This document shows positions 50,531 through 62,622 of a stretch of DNA of 64,000 bases, piece by piece (position 1 is the first letter of the stretch; each line of letters starts with the position of its first letter). The DNA is taken from positions 3,933,228 through 3,997,227 of the forward strand of contig NW_003526943.1 of assembly GCF_000181795.1 (NCBI RefSeq). The letters are read 5' to 3'. Under the pieces are notes generated by a model. That model was not told the origin of the DNA. It saw only the letters and a list, made by a program, of their open reading frames with translations, and searched no databases. The stretch is from Trichinella spiralis. Its lineage: Eukaryota. The position numbers and the translations under genes are program-made.

Positions 50531-50662
50531 TGATGTGTTTCGAGGCCACCAACTCCGCACACGTAATGTTCATTACTCCATAATAAGTTACAAGTTACGG
50601 ATACTGTAATAATGACATGCAAGTAATATTATGGTAGTACAGTAAGATATTGGTATACAACA
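50531..50662 (-). repeat. 5' LTR (TG...CA, 132 bp)
   Basis: Direct repeat of 48042-48196; adjacent to the PBS-like sequence on the minus strand. Confidence 0.9.
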
Positions 50663-51656
50663 TAAGAAAATCTGGAAATATCTCAAAAAGTTACAAATAA
50701 ATGTTAAACGGATAGGTTAGTGTTACCTTTCAAATAGTGTGATGCATAATCAAGATTAAATTACAATATATTTCACTGAATATTTTTCTCAAAATCTTAG
50801 TGCACAAACTTCCACCGCATCAATAAGAAACCTGAAATGAATGATTATTTACTGAAATGTAATTAATATTAATTTCTACTATATTTAATAAATATTTCTA
50901 AAATTAGTACAGTCTTTGTATGAATTAACTCATCACATTAGAGTCCTTTGTCTCTGCGTTGAAAACTCTGAGTCAGCTAGCCGTTAGCGCTAGAATTTCG
51001 CTCACATTTTAAAATTCTTACTTATTTTATTTAATCTTCAAAATGCTCCACTCCTGCTATTCTTGCTGAATTATTCATTGTATAAAAACATTGCGTTAAG
51101 TATATAAAAAATAATAAGTATAAAAGTCAACAAAAAAATCAGTAAGTCAATAATACTTATTAAATAAAGTCCATTATGGATTATGCAACCGTATGCCACT
51201 CTTTCTGCACATGTTGGCATTTAAACTTGATTTACTGTAAGAGAATTTGTTCTTACGGTAAAGCAGTTGTCATTTGCTACGATGTAATTGTTGAAAACAA
51301 TGTTACTCCAATTTATCAAACAATCTTAATTCAAGCTCTGGCACAGTTTATTTGTTGTATATTTATATATGTAACTATAGTTATTTGTGCAATTTTTTAT
51401 ATTAAGTTTGGCTACTAGTTTTGCGTATGACCGTTCGAATCCATCATTGTTGTTATTGAATATTCTGTTGATTATCTGTTGTAATGGTTTATTGTTCATC
51501 GAATATTCACTGATATTTTCGAATCAGTATAAAAAATAGTTTATTATTTTACAACTGATTGTTAGTGCGATAAAAGATGTATATCAGAATATCATTTTAA
51601 GTTAACTGAAAATATGGTTGAATATTTTGTATTTTTTTACATCGATTTTGTTTAGA

Positions 51657-51744
51657 ATGGCCCCAAGAAAAGGGAGGAAGGAAGATCAACCAGCTGTCGT
51701 CGTGTGGCACCGCAGGCTCCCGAAGGAGTGAAACGATTTGGCGT
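51657..51744 (+). pseudogene. RPS14: 40S ribosomal protein S14 (uS11) 5' fragment with an apparent 1-nt frameshift, cut by an assembly gap (real gene or pseudogene unresolved)
   Basis: MAPRKGRKEDQPAVV then, in another frame, VAPQAPEGVKRFG. Compare recalled RPS14 [30 protein letters not shown]. Preceded by the acceptor TTTAG. Confidence 0.7.
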
Positions 51745-51767
51745 NNNNNNNNNNNNNNNNNNNNNNN
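51745..51767. other. Assembly gap (23 N)
   Basis: Run of N. Confidence 1.
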
Positions 51768-53955
51768 GATGCGGAATGTTTAAAGATTTCGTTATCTTTC
51801 TAATATACATTGAAAGATTGAAAATGGAAATGAAAATAGATAGCAATTTAAGTGTTCACCAACGCACTAGTCGGTTTTGTTCAGATGTTGAAACAGAAAG
51901 TTTACAATTTACACCAAATATATGAATAAATTTGTTTTTTGTTTGTAAATAATATTGCAATTTTTAATTTTTTATTTAAATAAAAGATAAGAATGAAAAT
52001 AATAACACTGACGAAAGAGGTAAAACCTTTCTGAAGTTTCTGAACTTTCTGCCCAGCAGCATTTTACTTCTTGCTTCATAAGTGTACTTCCGCTTACTCC
52101 AGTATTAATAATAACGGAATCTATTTCCGTGTCCATTTCCTGTTCATCGCCGTCCAGTCCAGAAAGCCGTATCCATCAGAATTTCAGCAAACAAAAAATC
52201 TTAGTTGCACAATGATATCTGATATATGATTCATCAATTTCTTATGATGAATTATTGCAACAGGCAAGCAAATACAATGTACAATGTCCAAATAGAATGT
52301 CAACGAACAGTTTTTCATCCATCAGATAAATAACGCTTTAGCTGGCAATTATATGAAATTTATGCATAAGATGCTTTTCCATTTGTCAGAAATTGTTCTG
52401 ATGAGTATCTAATGGCGATTTTAGTAGAATGGGAACATCTAAAATTGATAAATTGTCTGAAGCTGCAGTTTATAGGTAAAATTTGGAGTGGTGATTGCTG
52501 AATGTTAGCATCGAAATACTTTTTTGATTTTGCCTGAATGTTCTCTGAAAATGTTTCTAGTTTGCAGAAGAATTTAATCTTTCCAATCTTTCTTTCGATC
52601 TTGTTCACAACAGCTACTGTTTTTCTTCTTATCTTTTATTTAAATAAAAAATAAAATCTGTAATTTTGTTTAAAGTAAAAATTTGTGTTTATACATTTTG
52701 TGTAAATTGTATTAAATTTCTCTTTCAATATCTAAAGTGAAACCGACTACTGGGTTGATTAAACATTCAAGTTGCAATTGTTGTATTAGAATGATAACCA
52801 AATGTTGAACATTCCAGATCAAAAAGGATCTGTTGGATTTTGAAATCATTAAAACTTACCAAACAAAACTGAAAGAAAAAGAAAATTATTTTTCATCTCA
52901 AGTTCACTTTATCATAAGTAGGAACGTTACCTTTTTCTAGCATTGCATATTTTCTGCCAAAATATGATCATTGTTGATTATCATCGTCGGCAAGCATAAA
53001 GTATATATTGATTTCTCATTTGCTGCCATAACTTTCATTCCCACTGTTTGGAGTGAACAATATCTGGGCAATATCAAAGGGTTTGCTAGCTGGTTCAAGC
53101 AGTGAGTTGTCCGTTTGAGAAAGCGTCTGCCTGCAGTATTGTAAAAAATTCCAAACTACCAGTATAATTTGGTATACCAGTACCAGTATAAATTTGTCCC
53201 CGAGTAGACCAAACCTTATAAAAGTTTTATATTATAAATAATGATGTTCGGTTTAGCATATTTTATTCCATTTTTGTTTCTGCAGGCGCTTAATTTGATA
53301 AGTATGTGTTGCAGGCCACATAGGATGCGCAGACTTGGCCTGCAACATATGCATTTGATGAGTAGATATCATTTGGTTCACTCATGTTAACAAGAATTGC
53401 CTCATAGAACAACAAAATATTGCATTGGCTGATACATCTAGAATGTGCCATCTTCATCGTTAGTTTTCAGTAAATTCACAATTGTCTCAACTATTTATAT
53501 ATTCCAAGTGTTATACTATCAAAAATAGATTATTTCATTATCATAGTGTACTTAAAATTTAGCAAATAAAAATTGTTACGAACTATTGAAATATTTATAA
53601 AACATAAAGTTTCATTTAAATTCCTGCTGCGTTACATAAAATATAAGAAATCAGTTCACATTTTTCAAAAATAGAAAGTAAATAATTTAAGCTAGCTACA
53701 AGTATTACCTTAAAGCCAGATACTAACAAAGTATGTTGAAATTGCACATAAGAACTGAAGAAATGCATGCATGTATAAGGTAGCTTGTGTTCATTTTTAT
53801 TTAAAAATATTGCGCATTCTGTTACATTTGTATTTTGATCAAAAATGATACCACAGTAGAATCATTAATGAGTTAAATGTACTGCACAAAATTCAGTCTA
53901 CAAAAGATTAGGCACAGATGAAATTTATTATATTGAAAAAAAAACAAGCAAAATC

Positions 53956-56900
53956 TTATGTATCTGTACTGTCCAGCAATTTCTTTACAGCGGTTAATAA
54001 TTCCAACGTTTTCGATATATACGAATCGCTGAAATAAATATCAGTTAACAGCAAAAAAATGAAAAATTAAAAAGTAAAACTGAAACTTTCACTTTTCATT
54101 AATAGTCCGCAGCAACGCTTCATATTGAGCTTCGGTTAATTTTGAACGCGCGTAAACAATTTGTTCCATTTCAAATTGAAATGAATCCAATTCGCCAGTA
54201 GCCTGAAAATCAAAATATTTTCATAGAATAAAATAAAGCACAGGTAAAAATTCTTGATCACTTGACGGAGCATCTGAAATAAACAGCTGACAGAAGCTTC
54301 CATTTGACGCAGCTCAAACAGGGCTTGAGCTTCGGCTGTGGACAGAGGAGCGTTTTCCTTATGAATGTATCTTTTCAGTACATCAGTTCTAGAAGAAGGG
54401 TTTATTGGTAAAAATTGTGATGAAACAAAAAAAAAATTCAAAATTGAACACCGTTGAATTATTGCTTCGTTATTCGACTGTAGTATATCTAAATCTTTCT
54501 CCAAATCGCCAATTATGATTTTGAGAAAAGAATGATTTGAAGACAGAGCGTCTAAATCTGCCACTTCTTGTTCATAAAGACGTTCCAAATCGTTAACTCT
54601 AAACAAATATTATTTCTACAGTTTCTTCAAATGAAACAAATATGCCATAAACCTGTCAATTACAAATTGACGCGCAGGTTTAAGCTTCGAAAAAAATTTC
54701 GATTCCACCATATCAAAAACACGTTTTAATAATCGTCCATCAAATTTAGAATTCGATTCGTTGCTGTTGATATGATTGATAATTGAAACAGAAAAAAACC
54801 AAAAATCTGTGCAAGGATAAAAAAATCACCATAAAATGGGGAAGCGACGTTCTGTGGGAAGTAACTTTTCAACTTCAAGCATAAAACCGCTGCTATTTTT
54901 AGCGACTGCTGCCGGATCTTTTTCTACTGTACTTCTATCAGCACTATTATCACTGGCATCACTGAAGCTAAAAGCAATTACAATGAAGTGAAAAATAATC
55001 ATAACTTGCAAAGTGCACTGCAAGTTTGTAATTATTCTTTCATATTCACTTACTGTGGCAATCGAATAGTAGTGATGGAAAAATCACTAGTCAAGGCAAT
55101 GAGAAATGAAGCAGCTTGATTTTCCGCATTAACGAACGCTACACCAATAAATTCCGAGTGTACACTTAAAAAAACATAAATATAGGTTTATGTAAAAAAA
55201 TAGAGGCATGTATAAATCACATACGATGAAGCTTTGCTTGGCATTTTAAGAAGAAAATCAACTGATGTCGGCCGTGTTTCTTCTGCAGCAACTTTCTCTA
55301 AAAAACAATAAAGAAATCAATTCGCAAAAATGTATGCTGGCTGCAATGAAAACTATTATTATCGAAACAAAACTTAGTCAAACTCAGAATTTCACAAGTA
55401 TTATTTACATGAAAAAATGAAAAATAATAAAATCAAGGTGACTGTCTAAAACAGAAAAAAATACTCAACCAGAAATTTCACTAATCTTAACAAAGTCTTC
55501 CAACCATCGCAAATGTATCATATATATTTCGTTAGAACAATAGCAGACATATTTAAATTTCAAGCCGTAATCTGAAAGTGTTTTTTTTAATTTGATAACA
55601 ACATTTTAAAAAGTGCTAAAAATAAATTTAAACCTGAAAACACAGTACACATTGAAGTAGATACGTTGCTTCTTTCAGATACCAACTTATGCCACGGTAG
55701 CTGAATAATTTCATGCACATGCAACGAGTATGCTGATGAAGTGCAGGAAAGAATTTCATCGTCCTAACAAAAAGACATGAATAATAAAAACATATATACT
55801 AAATATAAATATTCTTTTACATCTTTATCTTGAAAAACGACAAGATGATAAATTTTTCCAGTAGAAGATGCAACTGCTAATACTGAAAGACCATCGTTTT
55901 CCAAACACAAAACGTCAGAAACTTCTAGATCGTAATTGTCATCAGCAAGTGGAAAAATAGACAACGAATCCGAGGGTTCAAAAAACCTGAAGAAAACTTT
56001 TCAAGCAAACTATTAGTAAAATTATTCTTTATATAAATTACTTGCAGTTGTGAGTGTCTGAGAGAACGTAGCGTATTTCACCGCACCCATGGACAACAAA
56101 AATGGGCCAATACTGCGGACCATCCTGTTCGACTTCCTTAGTATCCAATGGAGAACCAAAATCAAAAGTTACTGTAAAATAAGAATTAAAACAATTCATC
56201 AAATTTCAATTATTATTTTACAAAATACCTGCTGAATCTCCAATAAAATACTTCGGATTCAATGTTGACATACCAATTTCCCTTTTCGATGGATCAAGAC
56301 TAACAATTTGCAATGGTTTCTTGCAAGAAAATGCATCATACATTCTAAAAAGTAATCACCACAAAATTCATACTAAAGTTAACAGTAAAATATAACATCG
56401 ACCGTACAAGTATACTTTAACAAATTTAAGTTGGCAGATTTCATAAACACCTAGAAGAGTTACTTTCGAAAATTACCTCAACGTATTGTCATTGCAAAGT
56501 GCCATTAAATAAGGACCCTTTAAATAGCAGGGATGCCAACGTACGCACAAAAACTGCAAATTCAACGCAACTCTATGCAATCCAAGATCCACAAAGGCAC
56601 TTCTAAATACTTGACTCTCTGTCTGATTGTAAATAAAACATTTAATAGTAGTTAATTTACCTGCAAAAATGACCATCTTTAGTAGGACTAATTGAATAAT
56701 GTGAAGCATATAACTCCGCCGGTAAATGGACAATAACCACTTCACTTTGACTGATCAATGCTGCATGCGTAAATAATGAATTACACCGTACTTCATTAAC
56801 GCATTGTGTTGGAATGCTCGAAAATCGAACAGTCTGAAAGTCGTAAGTCATAAATGAAATATTAAAAACTTTAATTTTATCAGTTCATAAAAAGTACTGA

Positions 56901-57469
56901 AACAGATTTGCAGCAATAAAAATAATATAATAATACACTAATTGTAGCAAATCTAAAAAAATAAACATTACAAATGATATGCAGTATGAAGCTCATATTA
57001 TAGAAAATGTAATGGCAAAAATGAAACGCAAGAAAATGTTTTAATACCATGCGCCAAACGTACTCATAACAATAAACATTAATTAGACGACCGGATTAGA
57101 GCATACAATAAAACAAAATAATATAAAATAAAATTATCCATTGAAAATTAATTATGCACACTGCTTGGTAATACGATTTTTTTAAAAACATAAAAGTGAA
57201 ATAATTAATAAAAATAACATTTAAAAAATACTTGCCATTTTTTTCTCAAACGTCGCAAACTCGTTCGACTTTTCACACTTTACATTTTTTGCAACTTCCA
57301 AACAAGATTTCTCGGGAATCCAAGTTAACAAATTTCGACCGCACATCGCAAAGAGTTGCTTTCGCTGTGCAAACGTAACATTTACATCGGTGTTGAAATC
57401 GAAATTACGCTTCTGATTGCATTCACTTCCATTCGAATATAAAAATGATAAATCATTTTCCATATTCAT
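53956..57469 (-). CDS. NUP88: Nucleoporin Nup88 homolog (beta-propeller plus C-terminal coiled coil), many short exons
   Basis: CVRWHP...PYLMALCNDNTLR (similar to AAWYP...HVVLLTSDNVIR), TFDFGSP, PIFVVHGCGEI, LSIFPLADDNYDLEVSDVLCL...LAVASSTGKIYHLV (similar to [20 protein letters not shown]...IATESGMLYH), PLSTAE in the coiled coil. Confidence 0.85.
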
Positions 57470-58245
57470 TATTCCGAATGTTAAAAAAAGAAGAATTTCA
57501 CAAGTATTATTCGTATAATATTAAATGTCGGAAATACAGTAACAAAAAATCAAGAATAAATCCATATCAACAAGAATGTGAAAGTCATACAATATTGTTT
57601 TGTCAATTAATTTCATTTCGAAGTAAATTTTCAAACATTTTTCATTTCATCACATGCCATAAACAGGAATTTAAATACAAATGTAAATTGAATGTTTTTA
57701 AATTTAAAAAAATTTTTATTTTTAAATGAAATACTGAAGAATGTTTTTGTTACAAGTCTCTTTCACAACGAGGTAAATGCTGCAATTAGCACTGCTACGA
57801 AAGTGTGTAAAATGAAGATTAGTTGAAAAATTAATTTTAATAGATGAAAATATTCGTTATTTTGAAGTGCAAATTATATCTCATTTGTGATTTAATATTT
57901 TGTTTGATTTCATTTGGAAACATGCAGAGAAATGTTACTTAATTTTACAATTTACTGTGGTTCAACGGTGCTATTGCAGTTTTCTAGTTTCAAAGAATTG
58001 ATTTGAAGTATTTATTATTGGTTTAATGTATGATGTTTATCAGATGTTTGAATTTTGTTGTTTTGTGTCCGTTGTTGTTCAATTTTCATTCCCATCTGAG
58101 AAGTGTTGTTGTTATGGGCATTATTTATTCATTATCATTGTTGTTGATTTATTTGCATTAATATTTTTTGATTGATAAGTTTTGGTTGTTGTTTGATGTT
58201 AAATTATTATTGATTTGATTAGAATAGTGGGAATTTTGTTGAAAA

Positions 58246-60277
58246 ATGAATGGAAAATGTTGTTCGATAACAAACAACGCATACGTCGGTGAGTTCGTGA
58301 AATTTTTGAACAAAGCCGTCACTCCGTATCATGGTAAATTTTTCCACGCTGTCGCGTTTTGAATTTTGAAATATTGTCGTTTATTCTAGTGATAAATTAC
58401 TGCCGGTCGAGTTTTGCCGATGCAAATTTCGTCGAACTGAACGACGGTGATCAGTGGCAAATAATCCCCGGTCGTAGTGTGAGTAATTTTTAAAATTGTG
58501 GTTGTTTTCTTTTATTTTCTGATTTTAGTATTTTGTGGTAAAAAATGAATCATCTGTGATAGCATTCGCGGTTGGTGGAAAATTCAAACCTGGCAATGCG
58601 GCCAATATCATCGCCACTCACACAGACAGTCCTTGTTTGAAGGTAAAAGATGCTTTGCTTTGCAGTTTTATTATTTATTATTGTTGTTGACAAATTTGAA
58701 AATTTTCAAATTTTCTGTTTCAGGTGAAGCCGATTGCTGCGGCAGGATTTGCCAATTGGAAGCAAGTTTCGGTCACTACATACGGTGGTGGTATCTGGCG
58801 GACCTGGTTTGACCGTGAATTGACTGTTGCTGGTCGTCTATTTGTTAAAGTCGGTAGATGTTTGTTTGTTAGTTGTAATTTTTCATTGTGGAAATTATGC
58901 ATGCAGGAAAATGAAAGTGTCCACATGAAGCTATTCAATTTGGAACATCCGTTGTTGTTTTTGCCCAACTTGGCCATCCATTTAGATCGAGACAGCAATA
59001 CAACGTTCACTTTCAACGCCGAAGAACATCTGAAACCGATTTTCACGTTCACCTCCAATACGACCAACGATAAAAGCAAAGTTGTGATTGATTTTTCATA
59101 TTGTTTGCATAAGTTTATTCACATGTGCTATTGTGGTCGGTGTGTATTGTATTGTAGATGAGCATCATTGACATCATCAGCAGACGTTTAGAAATTAATC
59201 CGGAAAATATATTATCTTCTGATGTGTTTTTAGTTCCGGTACAAGAAGCGGTGAGTTGACTTTTTTGTTTCATTTGAAAAGAACAAAAAAATTTCGATCA
59301 TAATTTCTGTGATAATTTCGCTTCAGACTACGGGCGGTCTGGTGGGAGAATTCATTTTCGGAGCACGTCTGGACAATTTGATGTCCACTTACAATGGACT
59401 GACTTCGATACTGACCATTTCCCAAGACCAAGCCTGGATGAATAGCAGTGAATCGATTAGCATGTTCGCTGCTTTCGACAACGAAGAGGTAAGGTGGATT
59501 GGATACGTTTGTCATGTTCGGTTGGCTCATATCCACATAATTCATCCAGTGCGGCAGTATGTCGGCCCAGGGGGCCATGTCGTCGTGGACCGAGTGGGTT
59601 TTGCGCCGCTTGCAAAGCGACGCTTTCGAACGGTCCATCGCCAGGTCATTCTTGATTAGCGCCGACGTCGCCCACGCGGTCCACCCGAATTACAAATCCA
59701 AGCACGACACCAACCATTGTCCAGAATTCGGCAAAGGTATCGTGATCAAACTGAATGCCAATCAACGTTACGCCACATCCGGCTCCAGTTTGGCCAAGAT
59801 AATTCGCCTGGCCGATATGACTTGCACGCCACATCAGGTAATTATTATTATTTGTTTGTACACCACCCGTTTTTTATTTTCATTTTTTAAAATGGACACT
59901 GGCCAATCGAACAACCAACAATTTCTTTTTTAATTGCAGTTTTACACCAATCGCAACGACATCGGATGCGGATCTACAGTAGGTCCAATTCTTGCCAGCA
60001 AGCTGGCCATTGAAACTGTCGACGTCGGAGCGCCGTTGCTGGCGATGCATTCTGCACGTGAAATGGGCTGCACGTTTGGTCTCGTTTGTGGGGATACGTT
60101 TTTCAAGGTTTGCACAATTGCAATTTTCTTTTTTTAAATAATCAACGATATTATTAATTGATAATTTTTCTTTTACAGGGCTTCTTTTACCGTATGCACG
60201 AAGTTGAAAAAGAGTTCGACAAAAATGTTACAAGCATCGAACAACAATCTGCCACCGAAGTCGACAAAAAATTATAA
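58246..60277 (+). CDS. DNPEP: Aspartyl aminopeptidase (peptidase M18)
   Basis: [112 protein letters not shown]. Confidence 0.96.
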
Positions 60278-60413
60278 TACGAACTTGTCCACTTTTATTT
60301 ATATTAATATAATTGAAATATCCGGTCAAATGTTCCCTTGCTCACTTGTGATTTGAAGGGAAAATTATAAAAACAATGGTAATAAATTGGGCATATTTTC
60401 TTTCTTTCTTTTT

Positions 60414-62622
60414 TCACTTATCGACCACATTGATCGGATCGGCCGACGATTGTTCCTGCTTGCTTTCCAATGCAAACGGCGGCACCCGACATTCAAAAGT
60501 TTGCCCGTTGGCGCGTTCCATCTTGAAAGATCCCCTACAATAGGAAGAGATTGGAAAAAATTGAATTTCATTTTTTTGAAATTACAAAACATCTCCTAAT
60601 TGTAGCATTGTAATATGTAACGATTATTTTTTTCACACTGATTAAGAACAGAGTTTAAATTTTAAATAATTCAAGGCTTCAACTTGCCACATGTGCCCGC
60701 TTGGTGCGTGCAACGACACATGACTACTGTATTGGAATGCTGGTGCATTGTTCGTCAGTTCTGGTTCCTGTTGAACACGTGAACATAATCCTGTTGAGCA
60801 GGGAAAATACTGTACAATTCAAAGCTCACCACACCGACTACACCACGCCCTCGAACAGTATCCAATGTACCAGAAATGCTGAAAATTTTCCAATGTCGCT
60901 CTCGTAATGTAACGGTCTCGTTGCCGAGATTTTCCAAACGTACACAATAGCGCCACTGAAAATGAAAAAATTATTTATTTATTTATTGAAAAAATTATAT
61001 CATACCCAATATATTACAGCATTCTGCGCCTCACGACTTCCCATGTAAAAAGGAATAACTGTAACACGTATTGAATTGGTCGTTTCACGATGCACGCTAC
61101 TCAACGCCAACCATGGATAATTTTTAGCTTGCCATGCTTTCAACGTTTCCCTTCCGATCCAGGATAATTCTGTATATTAGCGAATCTGTATTTGTGTTTT
61201 TTTTACTAATGCACATTATCACAACTAATGCAGATTATATTATTCCCCACTTGATGAATCGAACGCTAAGAATCGTTCAAACAGTTCATGCATTATTGGT
61301 GCAGTTTCGTTCGAATGGTACGGAAGAACGTCACTTTGGCAAACATAGTCCAAGCCTGTGAATTCGATTTACTTTCGGTTTCAACGAAGCTTGTTTCAAC
61401 AAATTTAATTGACAAATATTACCAGGAATTGCATAAAGGGCACGATTTCCATTCTGCGGACCGAGGAATGTTACGCTTTCAGCTTGATTGCGCTGAAACG
61501 TCATCATCACTTTAGGCGATATCATTTGAAATTAATACACATTTTCGAAAAAATTTTTGACAATTATTTTAAAATTTCAATGAAATAAAAAGTTAAAACT
61601 TCACGGTAAACTGTAAAAATTATTACCACTAAATTGCCATAAAATAATAAATAAATCATGCTTACGATGTGCGCCCAATCACGTTCATCAATCAAAGCCT
61701 GATAATACGTATGACGAACCCCTTTTATTTCAATACCTCCAGGAGTTCTGTACACTCCAGATCTGAAACTACGGCAAAATTGATTATCTTGTTTAGAAGA
61801 GATTAAATTATCGTCATACAACTGTTCAGACATGGTAACTTTACGCTGGCAATCACGATCGTATACTTCAGCAGACCAAGAAAATAAAATCACGCCTCTG
61901 TAACCAAATATTCTGTGCAAAAATAGCTGAAAAATATCCGACTATATAGTGGATTTGCAAATACATCATTATACAACAGTAATACAGCAATCATTTGGCG
62001 GTAAAGTATGTAAAAAATAAAATTAACTAACTTGGCCATGGTTGTAATTTTCATTCAACTTTGGTTGGGCAAACTTTCCAATTTCAGCAAGCCTAAAATT
62101 CAATTTATCCACAGCACATTTTAAATTGAAATTTAAAAATTATTAAAAGTAAAAAGCTTGAATAACATGAATTTCATTTCGACATTTTAAATTATTTTGG
62201 AATTCCATTACAATGAAAAATGCAGTTTATAAACAAAATTTGAATTTTGCAATGTGCATATGCATATTACTCGAGCTTAAGAAGCGCAGAAATAGTTTTT
62301 TTTCCCAAAACAATATACAATATCTTTTGGATATTTTTCCAATTAAAAAATCGTTTTTATGTTAAATGTTATTTTTCAGAAATAAATTATGTCTACCCTG
62401 TTAGCAACAGTTACGCCTTTGCTGTCGTTAAAGTCAAATGTGAGTGAAACATTTTTGCAAACTGAAAATGAGTATGTGACGTTCAAAACACAACCAGTCA
62501 GAAGCATCGGCATACCTCATACAAGAACGAAACCCCACATTTGACTGACCATTACTTAAATGATTGGAGAATTTATTTAACAATAGTGATTTTAGGATAA
62601 AACGATTTGCACAGCATTGCAT
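60414..62622 (-). CDS. POLDIP2: Polymerase delta-interacting protein 2 (YccV-like plus ApaG/DUF525 domains) with a mitochondrial-type presequence
   Basis: LAEIGKF...GQ|LFLHRIFGYRGVILFSW, HTYYQALIDERD, AESVTFLG...LYAIPG|LDYV, WQAKNYPWLALSSVHRETT, WRYCVRLENLG..TVTLRERHWKIFSISGTLDTVRGRGVVG, FQYS, RVPPFALESK. Confidence 0.93.

Larger units (their letters stand above)
48042..50662 (-). mobile_element. Decayed, internally deleted Gypsy/Ty3 (Mag-like) LTR retrotransposon
   Basis: Two LTRs. Gag AYVRELRHLAQHCNFGETLESRLR; RT WTTTIVPVIK...RICNDYKCTV and FDDVLI; RNase H IAFHSRTLAASERKYAHIERE; many stops and frameshifts; integrase essentially absent. PBS-like TGGCG follows the 5' LTR. Flanks TAAGG/TAAGA form an imperfect 5-bp target-site duplication. 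Confidence 0.92.

Noticed and set aside
53354..53432. C/D box snoRNA-like TGATGA...CTGA
   Set aside because: C box is not RTGATGA, no convincing terminal stem, no recognisable rRNA guide.
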